This document shows, piece by piece, positions 40,556-50,554 of a stretch of DNA of 64,000 nt; the first letter of the stretch is position 1; every line of letters starts with the position of its first letter. Source of the DNA: an uncultured Bdellovibrio sp. (GTDB lineage: Bacteria > Bdellovibrionota > Bdellovibrionia > Bdellovibrionales > Bdellovibrionaceae); NCBI GenBank assembly GCA_963932905.1, contig CAWVRN010000011.1, positions 53,187 to 117,186 of the forward strand, written 5' to 3'. A program made the translations under genes and the position numbers. The notes under the pieces are model-generated. The model was not told the DNA's origin and did not search any database. It was given only the letters and a program-made list of their open reading frames with translations.

Positions 40556-41086
40556 TTATACCGCTCGAAATCCCGCAGTTTTACGTGTGATGAAATCGGC
40601 GATAGTTGTTAAAATTTTATTTAGTGGCTGCGCTTTCGAAACGTGGCCTACGTAATTAAAGTGCTTAGTTTTTCTAAGTTTGCATTCTTCTTGCGCTGTC
40701 GAAGAGAACACGACAACGGGAACTTCATTTTTATCCCATTCAATCGGTAATCCTGGCTCGTAAGCCATCGCTTGGTCCGCACGAAGTAGCGTTTCTTCAC
40801 CGTTTAGTACTGGTAAATTCCAATCTAAAATAATTAGGTCATAATAACCTTCAATCATTTTGTTCATAGCTTCAAATGGATCTGAGGCTACGTCCACTCG
40901 GCAAGAGTACATTTTTTTAAGTCTTAATTGAATGACTTCGCTCATGTCGACGTCATCTTCAATAAGTAAGATTCGTTTTACTTTTCCAGCTACGGCTTGT
41001 CTGCGACCGAACATTTTTTGGTATGTAGCTTTGAATACTGGCGATTCGAAAAGTTCCTTATTGTAAACCATATCTGCTGTGGACAT
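40556..41086 (-). CDS. Receiver-domain response regulator
   Basis: LLIEDD, ILDWNLP. Confidence 0.85.
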   Translation of the reverse strand: MSTADMVYNKELFESPVFKATYQKMFGRRQAVAGKVKRILLIEDDVDMSEVIQLRLKKMYSCRVDVASDPFEAMNKMIEGYYDLIILDWNLPVLNGEETLLRADQAMAYEPGLPIEWDKNEVPVVVFSSTAQEECKLRKTKHFNYVGHVSKAQPLNKILTTIADFITRKTAGFRAV

Positions 41087-41156
41087 AGTGTTTCCCCCTA
41101 GTCTTTTGGTGATAAGCTTTTGCTCTTAGTTATTTTCTAGTTTCAATAACTAGTAG

Positions 41157-41173
41157 AGCAAAGCATGGGCCAA
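41157..41173 (-). promoter_or_regulatory. Sigma-54 -24/-12 promoter
   Basis: TTGGCCCATGCTTTGCT; paired 17-bp boxes at 41212 and 41233. Confidence 0.75.
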
Positions 41174-41246
41174 GTGTGAGGAGTTAAAAAAAATAGCGAA
41201 CGGAGAGTGTTTAGGACATAACACCCCAAACTGGGGGAATTATTCC

Positions 41247-41534
41247 CTACAATTCTGTCTTTTGTATATTTGCAACTGCCATACCAAAGTCCTGCACGGC
41301 TTTTTTGATCTCTTCGAGATTCTTTTCTTTGGCGGCTGCTTCCAGCGCAATTCCGATCGGAGACAAAACATCGAAGCCGAATGATTCTGCATTGCCTTTA
41401 ACTTGATGCCCTACTTTTTCTAAGAATGAGTAGTCGCCTGTTTCAATAGCTTTGTTGCATTCCGCGAAATCAGACAAACGGCGTTGAATATAAACAACTT
41501 TCATTTCGTGAGGTATTTGATTACTAAAAGACAT
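41247..41534 (-). CDS. Hpt phosphotransfer protein
   Basis: GHQVKGNAESFGF. Confidence 0.85.
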   Translation of the reverse strand: MSFSNQIPHEMKVVYIQRRLSDFAECNKAIETGDYSFLEKVGHQVKGNAESFGFDVLSPIGIALEAAAKEKNLEEIKKAVQDFGMAVANIQKTEL

Positions 41535-41566
41535 TGTATGCTCCTATGTGTTCCAGCAAATTGGAA

Positions 41567-42961
41567 TCAATGTTCCATTTCTTTAAGTCGTCTGTAAAGT
41601 GTTTTTCTGTCGATCTGCAAGTCCTTAGCAGTTTTTTCTTTTACCCCCTGATTGATCTCAAGAGCGTAGCTAATATACTTATTGATCAACTCTTCCACTG
41701 ACAGCAAGCGAGATTGTGATATTCTGCTAAAATCAAATGCATTTTCCGTGCTAGTTTCTCGTGTGTCCGCATGATCGATTGGAATCACATCATCAGCTTC
41801 AATGCGATCTGTTTCAGCTAATACTAATGCGCGCTCAATCGAATTTTCAAGTTCGCGTACATTTCCCTTCCACGGGTGCTTGATCAATGCTTCTAAACAA
41901 TCATTACTAAAATATTTGCCACGAATGTTATTCAGCGCCGAGAATTTATTTAAGAAGAATTCGGCCAGGGGAATGATGTCCTCTTTGCGTTCTCTTAAAG
42001 GTGGAATCCAAATAGGGATCACATTTAAACGAAAGAACAAGTCTTCGCGGAAGTTTTTCTTTTCAACTTCTTCACGTAGATTTTTGTGAGTAGCACAAAC
42101 AATGCGTGCGCGAATTGGGCGGTATTGGTTTTCGCCGATACGCTTGATTTTACGTTCCTGAAGTACGCGAAGTAACTTAGCCTGTAGAGACAAGTTTAAA
42201 TCACCGATTTCATCTAAGAATAATGTTCCACCATCGGCTTCCTCAAATAAACCGATTTTCTTTTCGGAAGCGCCTGTGAATGAGCCTTTTGCATGACCAA
42301 ATAATTCCGATTCCAATAAGTTTTCAGGAATCGAAGCGCAGTTGATAGCAATAAATGGAAGTTTTTTACGAGGCCCTAGCACGTGAATTGTTTTAGCGAT
42401 GATTTCTTTACCCGTTCCGCTTTCGCCTGAAATTAACACATTGGAACTTGATTGTGATACTCGGCGAGCTAAATCTAAAGCGTGCTTGATGCCTGGGCTT
42501 TTACCAATAACGCCTTCAAGACTTGTGGTGCCTTCTTGAAGTTTAACTACTGTTTTTAGCGTTTGGTTGTCTTGTTCCACACGAGCTAGGTGTAAAGCAC
42601 GTTCAACCGATACGAGTAGTTGCGGGAAATGGATCGGCTTAACAACGAAATCGTAAGCTCCCGCGTGAATAGCTTCGACAGCAACTTCGACTTTTCTGTT
42701 GGCAGTTATCAATATGATAGGAATTTGATTTCCCAAAGACTTCATTCGTTTTGTAAATTCAATACCAGAGATATTTGGCAAACTAAAATCAGTAACAATA
42801 ACATCACAGTTTAACTTAGCGTTGGAAATGTCTTCATATGCTTTTAGAGCGTCCTCGTACATAAATGTGGTGTAATCTAGATTTTCAAAGAAGTTGCTTA
42901 AAAGTTTTAACGTATCACGGTCATCATCTATTAATGCGATTCGAGCCTTCATCGGTTTCAT
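41567..42961 (-). CDS. NtrC-family sigma-54-dependent response regulator
   Basis: [34 protein letters not shown]-terminal HTH RKTLYR. Confidence 0.95.
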   Translation of the reverse strand: MKPMKARIALIDDDRDTLKLLSNFFENLDYTTFMYEDALKAYEDISNAKLNCDVIVTDFSLPNISGIEFTKRMKSLGNQIPIILITANRKVEVAVEAIHAGAYDFVVKPIHFPQLLVSVERALHLARVEQDNQTLKTVVKLQEGTTSLEGVIGKSPGIKHALDLARRVSQSSSNVLISGESGTGKEIIAKTIHVLGPRKKLPFIAINCASIPENLLESELFGHAKGSFTGASEKKIGLFEEADGGTLFLDEIGDLNLSLQAKLLRVLQERKIKRIGENQYRPIRARIVCATHKNLREEVEKKNFREDLFFRLNVIPIWIPPLRERKEDIIPLAEFFLNKFSALNNIRGKYFSNDCLEALIKHPWKGNVRELENSIERALVLAETDRIEADDVIPIDHADTRETSTENAFDFSRISQSRLLSVEELINKYISYALEINQGVKEKTAKDLQIDRKTLYRRLKEMEH

Positions 42962-42978
42962 CCCCTTTATCTAGCATG

Positions 42979-43018
42979 TGAGGCGTTTTGCCACAATGGA
43001 ATGTTGCTTTTTGCCCCA
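42979..43018. promoter_or_regulatory. Two 17-bp palindromic boxes (putative activator sites)
   Basis: TGAGGCGTTTTGCCACA and TGTTGCTTTTTGCCCCA. Confidence 0.65.
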
Positions 43019-43228
43019 TCGCAAACCTCACATCGTTGTTGTTTCTGTAAAATTTCTCCAAAAATCTAGAAAGATAACAGTTTTTGCTTTTTTCTTAAAA
43101 TTGGAAAAAATCTTTATTTCTAGCAACTTGTCGATTTTTTTTGAAGAAAAAGTATTTGAAGTGGACATTTTGCATTGTCTTTTTGCCCCAAATTTCTTCA
43201 TCCTGTTGTCGACGTACCAATGTTAAAG

Positions 43229-43245
43229 AGCAACATCCGTACCAA
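43229..43245 (-). promoter_or_regulatory. Sigma-54 promoter facing the NtrC-family gene
   Basis: TTGGTACGGATGTTGCT. Confidence 0.7.
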
Positions 43246-43434
43246 TATTCCCCGGCGGTTTGTGTCATGCATCGAAAAATGGGGAAAAACAAGACAATGT
43301 GGCATTGCACACATGTTGTGTAGGTCACATGACAATGTTGTGGAATTTTTCCTAGAGCAGACGATAATTCTGCCCCGACGTATTTGTGAAAACGAATTGA
43401 ATTCATTTTCACTGCCTAATCGATTGTTGAGCTG

Positions 43435-43451
43435 TGGCCGTTGGCTTGCAT
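43435..43451 (+). promoter_or_regulatory. Sigma-54 promoter
   Basis: TGGCCGTTGGCTTGCAT. Confidence 0.7.
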
Positions 43452-43545
43452 TTCTTATTCTTTTATATATTGGCATAAACCAATATCAATTAAGACAAAG
43501 TAGAGACCAAAAAAAGAAAATAGAAAGTTTCTTTGGGAGGAAAAT

Positions 43546-44097
43546 ATGACTGACGACAAAATGCACGAAGTGCAAGTTGCAGAAACAGGGGAAGCCGTCA
43601 CTGCCATTTTGAAAACCAGAACAGATTTAGATCATGTGGTCGAAGCTTTAGAACACAGAGGCTTTAGAAAATCTGATGTGTCAGTAGTGATGCCGGTGAC
43701 CGATGGTCGCTCAGAGCTTGCGTTTGCAAAAGAAACTAAGTCTTATAAATATGCTGTACTCGGCGGAGCGGCTGGTGGAATTATCGGTGCGCTTTACGGT
43801 TGGGCTGCGCTAAATGGATGGGTAAGGGTTCCAGACACGGAATTAGTGGTAGGGCGCGCGCCGTGGATGGCCCTAGCGGCATCGATGTGTGCGGGTATAG
43901 TTGCTGGCGCTGCCGCCGGGGGTATCACTGGGCTAGGTGTGCCTGAATACGTAGCGCGCTTATGCGAAAAATCAATCCGTGGTGGTACAATGCTTGTTGC
44001 CATTCACGTCGATAATTCTAAATGGAAACAAAGAGCGATTGATATATTAAAACTATATAGAGCGCGTGATATCGCCGCTAATAAGAAAGTAATATAA
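43546..44097 (+). CDS. General stress protein-like membrane protein (YflT/DUF3341-like)
   Basis: GF..SDVSV, Gly-rich TM hairpin, GLGVPEY.A. Confidence 0.7.
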   Translation: MTDDKMHEVQVAETGEAVTAILKTRTDLDHVVEALEHRGFRKSDVSVVMPVTDGRSELAFAKETKSYKYAVLGGAAGGIIGALYGWAALNGWVRVPDTELVVGRAPWMALAASMCAGIVAGAAAGGITGLGVPEYVARLCEKSIRGGTMLVAIHVDNSKWKQRAIDILKLYRARDIAANKKVI

Positions 44098-44107
44098 GGA
44101 GGTAAAT

Positions 44108-44374
44108 ATGAAAAAAATTAACACTTCAAAGAAAAATAGTTTGAAACAGAAATTTTTTCCAAACTCCTTCCGAGTTCCAACCGAGTTTCAGATAAACACT
44201 TGGGAGTATGAGGGGGGGTGTTTGAACGCAAACTGCGACGTTGTGATTATTAACGGCGTTCTTTGTCAGACTTGGTCCGATCGCGTAAAAGCAACTCTCG
44301 CTCCATATTGGAAAAACTTTAAATCGTTGTTCTCCGGAACAAGCGTTGTTCCCAAGCAGCAACCGTCTTTATAA
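44108..44374 (+). CDS. Hypothetical protein with WEYEGG motif
   Basis: AAGGAGG RBS; 88 aa. Confidence 0.6.
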   Translation: MKKINTSKKNSLKQKFFPNSFRVPTEFQINTWEYEGGCLNANCDVVIINGVLCQTWSDRVKATLAPYWKNFKSLFSGTSVVPKQQPSL

Positions 44375-44390
44375 GATAGTGGTATTTATG

Positions 44391-44429
44391 AGCTCCGTTT
44401 CGGTTTTTCTGAAACGGAGCTTTTTTTTT
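44391..44429 (+). terminator. Intrinsic terminator
   Basis: AGCTCCGTTTC...GAAACGGAGCT plus T tract. Confidence 0.8.
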
Positions 44430-44432
44430 GAT

Positions 44433-45002
44433 TTACACAAATTTGGACGGAGACGGACTATGTGGTTCAACGGCCGGAGGAACGGTCCACAAGCCTGAAG
44501 TTTCTTCGTCTAAATCAATATCAGAGGTAAAAGCGATATATCTAGCTCCTTTGTTGGAGAATATTTTCTGCGCAATTTGCTGCTTTTCAAAAGTTAAGCA
44601 ATCAACAGCTAACAAAAAACCACCTTCATCGACATTGTTTTCGTAGCGAATGGCTTCGTATTCAGGAATTCCCTGCTGTACGAGAGGTTGAGATAACCAT
44701 CCTGAATCTCCGTGAGTCGCGCCACTAAGAAATACCATCGCGGGGCCAGCAGCAATCAGTGGTCCATAACCTGGAATATGTAGAGTACGCGCATCGGTCA
44801 TTAAATCAAGATTCTGATTGATGGTTTGACTCTTTAAAAGATTGGCGCTTGTTGTGACAAGATTGTTTTGTGGGCTAGCATTTTCTGGAAACAAAATAGA
44901 AATCTCTGACGTATCAAATCCTTCATCAGCAAGGGCATCCATTGTATCCTGCGTTTCATTTCGTGTTTTATAAATTCCAAAAACGGTGCTAAATTTAGTC
45001 AT
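44433..45002 (-). CDS. General stress protein-like paralog
   Basis: VFGIY, GF..SEISIL, IPGYGPLIAAGP, GIPEYEAIRYE. Confidence 0.75.
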   Translation of the reverse strand: MTKFSTVFGIYKTRNETQDTMDALADEGFDTSEISILFPENASPQNNLVTTSANLLKSQTINQNLDLMTDARTLHIPGYGPLIAAGPAMVFLSGATHGDSGWLSQPLVQQGIPEYEAIRYENNVDEGGFLLAVDCLTFEKQQIAQKIFSNKGARYIAFTSDIDLDEETSGLWTVPPAVEPHSPSPSKFV

Positions 45003-45043
45003 AAAACCTCCTTCCAAATTCTGATTCTGACCTTTTGCTAACG

Positions 45044-45199
45044 TTAAATTTGTTTCTCGCCTGGGGGTGTCGCCGGTCTTACAAAAATAATACTTAAAAC
45101 CACTAGTTGGCCTCCTGCATTTCTTCGAATTAATTGCAATTCAGACGTTCCCTGAGCCTCTTCTTGTGCTTCTTCAAATTTTTCAACATCAACTTTCAT
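45044..45199 (-). CDS. Small protein (51 aa)
   Basis: MKVDVEKFEEAQEE...; AAGGAG RBS; follows a sigma-54 promoter. Confidence 0.5.
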   Translation of the reverse strand: MKVDVEKFEEAQEEAQGTSELQLIRRNAGGQLVVLSIIFVRPATPPGEKQI

Positions 45200-45235
45200 G
45201 GGATTTCTCCTTTCTTAGAGCTTAATAACTACGAC

Positions 45236-45284
45236 AGCAAAAATCTTGCCTGCATAAGGTTCATTTTTGGCGTTTTGTTTGCAA
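45236..45284. promoter_or_regulatory. Back-to-back divergent sigma-54 promoters
   Basis: Minus AGGCAAGATTTTTGCT; plus TTGGCGTTTTGTTTGCA. Confidence 0.65.
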
Positions 45285-45339
45285 TATGAAGAAGTAGAGA
45301 AGTGGAAAAGTAGAGACGTAGATTTCGAGCCGGGGAAGT

Positions 45340-45996
45340 ATGAAAAACTATGACAGATCACAAAAGGGTAATTTAGTTTCTGCGGAAAATTGGCGTCGAA
45401 TAGCTCTTGGTTTCCCTAGAGTCATCGGATTTTTTAACATTGAAGCCCCGTTGTATTATATCCTGGAAAAAAGAGGGAATAAAGAAATTCGTGATTACAA
45501 ATCGTATCTGTCTGTCTACACCGAAATCAGTGGCCTTAGCTACGAAGACGCCATTACGATTGGCTTTTGGAAACTGTTCGATTATTTTTCATTTAATAAC
45601 TTGGGTGAACGTGATCTTAAAGGCGATGCGACCGGTGCTGACCGCGCAGTCAAGATGACGTTAACCTCGCCCGTTTTTGAAATTAATAATGGCAATAAGT
45701 GGACGGTATCTATGATGGTACCAGCAAAATATTCTATGGATACGGTGCCTTTGCCTGTCGATCCCGATGTTCATATCGCTAGAGTTCCTGAACGAGTCGT
45801 TGCGGTGATTGAATCTCCTGGGGTAATGAGCGTTGAAAAGGTCGAACTCAAAACTCGAAAACTGGAAGAATGGCTTCGAAAGCTTGATAAATTTACAATT
45901 TCATCAAGGCCATTCGTGGCTCATCAGGATTTGTTTCCCACATTTCAATTTTTAAGAAAAACAGAAATACATATACAAGTTGAACGTTCGGAGTAA
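45340..45996 (+). CDS. SOUL heme-binding family protein
   Basis: EIRDY, GFWKLFDY, MTLTSPV, LPLP.DP-like motif, RKTEI. Confidence 0.75.
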   Translation: MKNYDRSQKGNLVSAENWRRIALGFPRVIGFFNIEAPLYYILEKRGNKEIRDYKSYLSVYTEISGLSYEDAITIGFWKLFDYFSFNNLGERDLKGDATGADRAVKMTLTSPVFEINNGNKWTVSMMVPAKYSMDTVPLPVDPDVHIARVPERVVAVIESPGVMSVEKVELKTRKLEEWLRKLDKFTISSRPFVAHQDLFPTFQFLRKTEIHIQVERSE

Positions 45997-46328
45997 AAAT
46001 CCGCAATCGCAACGTGGCCGATTCCGTGCCGTTATCTTATGTCAAAAGAGAATTTCTCTCATTGTATTCGTGAGAATAGTTTTGAGAGAAATTTTAAGAA
46101 AGGCTGGGAGTGCAAAAACTCGCCAACCTTGAGGGGAGGGATACTAGAAATAAAGAGTTTTGTAGCAACAGGATCTGTTGGTGAGCACCGCAGATCATTG
46201 TTGATTTTTAGTAAAAGCAAAGGGAATGCCAGTTTATAACTCTTCCATTTGGTAATAGTTGAATTTCAGCTTAAAAAGCCGTTGCCTTTTGCCCCGCATT
46301 TTTATGTTTCCGCTTCATTCTGCCTCAA

Positions 46329-46345
46329 TGGCGCTGTTGTTGCTT
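46329..46345 (+). promoter_or_regulatory. Sigma-54 promoter
   Basis: TGGCGCTGTTGTTGCT; box CGTTGCCTTTTGCCCCG at 46280-46296. Confidence 0.65.
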
Positions 46346-46401
46346 ATCTCTATGTGCAGATGAGCAATCAACAACGCTACTAAAATATATGCGAGGTCAC
46401 G

Positions 46402-46581
46402 ATGAACAAGGAAGTCACTAAGCAGAAGAAAAATGAAAATCAAAAAGCCAAAAGGGAAGACGCTGACATAAATGTATTAGTTGAAAAAATGAATCGTGGT
46501 GGCAGTCGTAGACCATTTTACTGGCGCAAAGGCAACGAGCCTATTTATAGCAAAGATTTTAGAAATCCTACGCGGCACTGA
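46402..46581 (+). CDS. Small basic protein (59 aa)
   Basis: MNKEVTKQKK...RRPFYWRKG...; GAGG RBS. Confidence 0.5.
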   Translation: MNKEVTKQKKNENQKAKREDADINVLVEKMNRGGSRRPFYWRKGNEPIYSKDFRNPTRH

Positions 46582-46900
46582 GAGCTGGAGTCGGCTAACT
46601 GGTGTCGGCAATTTTGCCGATATCTGGCGATTTCGGCAATTAAAACTAACCCTGCCGAAATCGCCACATTATTCATTTTTGTAACAACATCCCGCCAAAG
46701 ACTTCAACTCATCGAGGTCTTGCCTATATAAAATGCGCAGCCAATTCCAATATCATTGCTATCCCCATATCGTCGCCATTTATCTAAACAGGTGAAACTA
46801 TTTATGTATCGGGTCTCTAATGTGGTGAATGCCCATTTAGCGTAAAAACTCTTTCGCGAATCTCATTTTGGTCTATTGACAAAAATCAAGTTACGACCGA

Positions 46901-46924
46901 TATTAATAACGATCGTTATTAATA
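46901..46924. promoter_or_regulatory. Perfect 24-bp palindrome, putative TetR operator
   Basis: TATTAATAACGATCGTTATTAATA downstream of TTGACA (46876). Confidence 0.75.
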
Positions 46925-46930
46925 ATAAGG

Positions 46931-47542
46931 ATGCAGACGATGAGAGTGACTCAAGAAGAAAAAGCACAGATCAAAGAAAAAATCTTGGCTGAAGCTATTG
47001 GAAGCTTGAAAGTCTGGGGACAGGCGGCTGCTCCAGTCGACAAGATTATGAAGCGGTTAGGTTTGACGTCGGGTGCATTGTATAGCCACTTCAAATCTAA
47101 AGACGATTTTTTTGCACAAGTTATTTTGAAAGAACTGGACCGTTTGATTGCTCAGCATAAAGAGCATCACAAGAAGTATGGTCCTAACACAGCTACTAAA
47201 TACGTGGAATACTATTTAGACGAACGCCATGCCGACGCTGTCGAGCGCGGCTGTATGTTCGTAGCGTTGGGTGCGGATCTGCATAGACTGAAACCATCGG
47301 TTCGTGAAATGATTGAGGACAAACTGCAAATGATGTTTGCCTGTATTGCAGAGGGGCTGCCTCACAAAACGAAACAAGATCGGTTGCGATATGCAAAAAT
47401 TATTTTTTCGTCGATGGTGGGTACGTTAGTTTTGGCTCGAGCGATGAAAAACGAAGCCGCAAAAGTGGATTTAATCAGAAATACGAAACAACTTTTAATT
47501 ACTATTTCGAAAGATGGAGTGAAATATGAAAACAAACAATAA
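46931..47542 (+). CDS. TetR-family regulator
   Basis: GLTSGALYSHFKSKD. Confidence 0.9.
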   Translation: MQTMRVTQEEKAQIKEKILAEAIGSLKVWGQAAAPVDKIMKRLGLTSGALYSHFKSKDDFFAQVILKELDRLIAQHKEHHKKYGPNTATKYVEYYLDERHADAVERGCMFVALGADLHRLKPSVREMIEDKLQMMFACIAEGLPHKTKQDRLRYAKIIFSSMVGTLVLARAMKNEAAKVDLIRNTKQLLITISKDGVKYENKQ

Positions 47543-48803
47543 TGATGTGTACATTTTAGGAAGCTCGCGAATTCCGTTTGCAAAAAGCCAAACGACCTAT
47601 TCTGATGTGACCCGTAAAGACCTAATGGTAGCCGCCATAGATGGTTTAGTAGAGCGCTATAAATTAGAGGGAAAACTTATCGACGATACAGCGATCGGTG
47701 CGGTTATGAATAGTTCTGCTGATTTCAATTTAGCTCGTGAAGTGTTGCTATCTACTAAAGTTCACCCACATTCGCCGGCCTACAATGTTCAGCGTGCGTG
47801 TGGTACGGGTTTAGAAAATGTATGGCAAATTGGATTGAAAGCCCATACGGGTGCGATTGATATCGGTATTGCGGGCGGCGTCGATTCAAATAGTGATTTG
47901 CCTATCGAAGTGTCTAAAACATTTCAACAGGTATTGCTGGAATTAAATAAAGCTCGAACATTGGGTGAACGCGTGAAAGCGCTTTCAAAAATGAGTTTAG
48001 GCGCATTCAAACCGGCGGTTCCAAGTGTGAATGAACCACGTACGTTAATGTCGATGGGCGAGCATTGTGAATTGATGGTAAAAGAATGGCAAATTTCTAG
48101 GCAAGAACAAGATGAATTTGCTTTAGCCAGCCATAAAAATGGAGCGAAAGCTTACGACAACGGATTTTATGATGACTTGGTAAATCCATTTCACGGTTTG
48201 AAACGTGACGGCACATTACGTGGTGATACAACGTTAGAAAAATTGGCTAAACTAAAACCAGCGTTTGATCCCAAAGCAGGAACATTGACAGCCGGAAATA
48301 GTTCGCCATTAACAGATGGCGCTGCGGCAGTTCTTGTCGGTAACAAAGCCGGTGCTGATAAATTTGGGGTTAAGCCATTGGCGAAATTAATTGACGTACA
48401 AGTGGCCGCAATCAATTTTGTAAAAGGTGAGGGGCTATTAATGGCGCCAACAAAAGCGATTTCGCAATTGTTTACACGTAATAAACTAACTCCGGCAGAC
48501 TTTGATTATTTTGAGTTGCATGAAGCCTTTGCGGGACAAGTATTGTGTAATTTAAAAGCAATGGAGGACGAAAAATACTGCCGTGAAGTATTAGGTCGAT
48601 CTGCTCCGATTGGTAAATTTGATCGCAGTAAAATCAACCAAGTTGGCAGCAGCGTGGCATTGGGACATCCATTTGCGGCCACAGGTGCTCGTATCACTGG
48701 GACATTAGCAAAACTATTGTCATCTGGTGGCAAAAAACGCGGCTTGATTTCTATCTGTACTGCAGGTGGAATGGGTATAGCTGCAATCTTGGAGTCAGTA
48801 TAA
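47526..48803 (+). CDS. Acetyl-CoA C-acyltransferase (thiolase, FadI-like)
   Basis: RACGTG, HEAFA, GHPFAATG, ICTAGG. Confidence 0.93.
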   Translation: MKTNNNDVYILGSSRIPFAKSQTTYSDVTRKDLMVAAIDGLVERYKLEGKLIDDTAIGAVMNSSADFNLAREVLLSTKVHPHSPAYNVQRACGTGLENVWQIGLKAHTGAIDIGIAGGVDSNSDLPIEVSKTFQQVLLELNKARTLGERVKALSKMSLGAFKPAVPSVNEPRTLMSMGEHCELMVKEWQISRQEQDEFALASHKNGAKAYDNGFYDDLVNPFHGLKRDGTLRGDTTLEKLAKLKPAFDPKAGTLTAGNSSPLTDGAAAVLVGNKAGADKFGVKPLAKLIDVQVAAINFVKGEGLLMAPTKAISQLFTRNKLTPADFDYFELHEAFAGQVLCNLKAMEDEKYCREVLGRSAPIGKFDRSKINQVGSSVALGHPFAATGARITGTLAKLLSSGGKKRGLISICTAGGMGIAAILESV

Positions 48804-49906
48804 GTTCGAATAAAGATTTTTTAGATAAATATGGCTGGAGCGATTCATTTGCTTCGGTTCTGGTGTCGGAGGAAGGCAAAGAGTTGATTCCTTCACGAGT
48901 AATTTGTGAAGAACGTGCGCTCTATCAAGTTCAATTCGGAATGGAATCCGTTAAATGGGCTGCTATCAGCGGAAAGATGAAGCATCAGGCGGCAGGGCGC
49001 AAAGACTATCCTGCTGTTGGCGACTGGGTAGGGATAGAAATTCCCAGCGGTGCCGACCGCGCTATCATACATACTATCGGTCCAAGAAAAAGCACAATTT
49101 ATAGAAAACAAATTGGAAGCTCTTCGGATGCACAGATACTGTCTACAAATGTGGATTTTACATTTATCACCACCTCGATGAACGAAGATTTAAGCGAACG
49201 TCGTATTGAACGCTACCTCGCGATGGCTTTGGAATCGGATACGTCACCAGTTATTTTATTAACGAAAGCCGATCTATTCCCAGAGGGTATCGACAAGGTT
49301 GTGGAAGAATTGACTACAATATTTCCAGGTATACCCATTTATACACTTTCTAAAGATGCGTTTGATGATGCCGGTTTTTTCGCAACGTACTTAAAGTTGG
49401 GAACAACTTCGGTGATCGTGGGATCTTCGGGTGTCGGGAAGTCGACGTTGGTGAATTTTTTGACGGGCAAAGATAGAACGGACGATCAGATCGCGACAAA
49501 AGACATTCGTGAAAAGGATGGTAAAGGTCGTCACACGACAACCTCGCGAAATCTATATGCCAGTCGATTTGGTGGTTTGATTATTGATACACCCGGAATG
49601 CGCGAACTTTCACTTTCAGATCATACACAAGGGGTAGAAACTCAATTTAGTGATATTGTGGAGCTGACAACAAAATGTCGCTTTAGCGATTGCAAACATG
49701 AAACGGAACCAAAGTGCGCCATCAAGGCTGCCATCGCAGACGGCTCGCTTCCTTTGGATCGCTGGGAAAGTTATTTAAAATTAGAAGCCGAAGTTCAGCA
49801 TGGCTTGATTAAGCAGGACAAGCAGCTGGCCTCTGAGCAAAAAAAACAGTGGAAAAAAATCACCGAAGCAGGACGCGAACGTGGGTTAGCAAAGAAGAAA
49901 AGTTAG
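48800..49906 (+). CDS. rsgA: Ribosome small subunit-dependent GTPase A
   Basis: PAVGDWV, TKAD, GSSGVGKS, GRHTT, DTPGMRE, CRFSDCKH..EP.C; start uncertain (ATA 48800 or GTG 48863). Confidence 0.9.
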   Translation: MSSNKDFLDKYGWSDSFASVLVSEEGKELIPSRVICEERALYQVQFGMESVKWAAISGKMKHQAAGRKDYPAVGDWVGIEIPSGADRAIIHTIGPRKSTIYRKQIGSSSDAQILSTNVDFTFITTSMNEDLSERRIERYLAMALESDTSPVILLTKADLFPEGIDKVVEELTTIFPGIPIYTLSKDAFDDAGFFATYLKLGTTSVIVGSSGVGKSTLVNFLTGKDRTDDQIATKDIREKDGKGRHTTTSRNLYASRFGGLIIDTPGMRELSLSDHTQGVETQFSDIVELTTKCRFSDCKHETEPKCAIKAAIADGSLPLDRWESYLKLEAEVQHGLIKQDKQLASEQKKQWKKITEAGRERGLAKKKS

Positions 49907-50554
49907 TTATTTTAATATTCCATCAATTGTAAATCCGGCCAGTGCATCTAAGGCTTCTTGGATTTCTTTATGTGTTTTATCGTCAAATAGAAATCCAGAA
50001 ATAAATGTTGTTGAAAAATTTTGGAAGCCAATCAAGGCAAGCAATTTGTGATCTATGTCAGCTGGGATCTTCTTTTTTTCTTTTAAAATATTCACGCGTT
50101 CAATAAATTTAGGGTCGCCTTCTGCCGGAAGCATGGCTTGAACTTTATCGCGGATCTTGGGATCTAACGAAGCACGCAGTAACATAATACGAACTATCTC
50201 TTTGTTCTTTTTGGAATTTTCGCGACCAAATTTAATATAACGAGTGAGTTCTGCTTTTAATGTTTCTTGTGGAGGGTAGTCGAGCGGAATTTTACGATTC
50301 TCTTCAAAGTAGCGACGCAGAATTTCTAAAAGCAGGCCTTCTTTTCCGCCAAAATACCTCATAATTAGAGATTCGTTTACTCCCGATTTTGTCGATATGA
50401 GTTTGGTAGTTGCAGCATCATATCCATACTTTGAAAAGATGGCTGTCCCAGCGCTAAGGAGTTTTTCCTCTGTTGAATTACGGTCTCGTTTTGCCAGACC
50501 TTGATTCCTGCTTTGAGGCATTCTTTCGCTACGATTTTTTATTCTGCCAGCCAT
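49907..50554 (-). CDS. TetR-family regulator
   Basis: GVNESLIMRYFGGKEGL. Confidence 0.88.
   Translation of the reverse strand: MAGRIKNRSERMPQSRNQGLAKRDRNSTEEKLLSAGTAIFSKYGYDAATTKLISTKSGVNESLIMRYFGGKEGLLLEILRRYFEENRKIPLDYPPQETLKAELTRYIKFGRENSKKNKEIVRIMLLRASLDPKIRDKVQAMLPAEGDPKFIERVNILKEKKKIPADIDHKLLALIGFQNFSTTFISGFLFDDKTHKEIQEALDALAGFTIDGILK

Noticed and set aside
42978..43549. Several overlapping 60-124 aa ORFs
   Set aside because: No protein motifs or RBS; the region is explained by promoters and binding boxes
46014..46239. GG-N10-GC at ~46016-46030 and a 66-aa ORF
   Set aside because: Poor -12 context, no room for a leader or RBS, and the ORF is featureless
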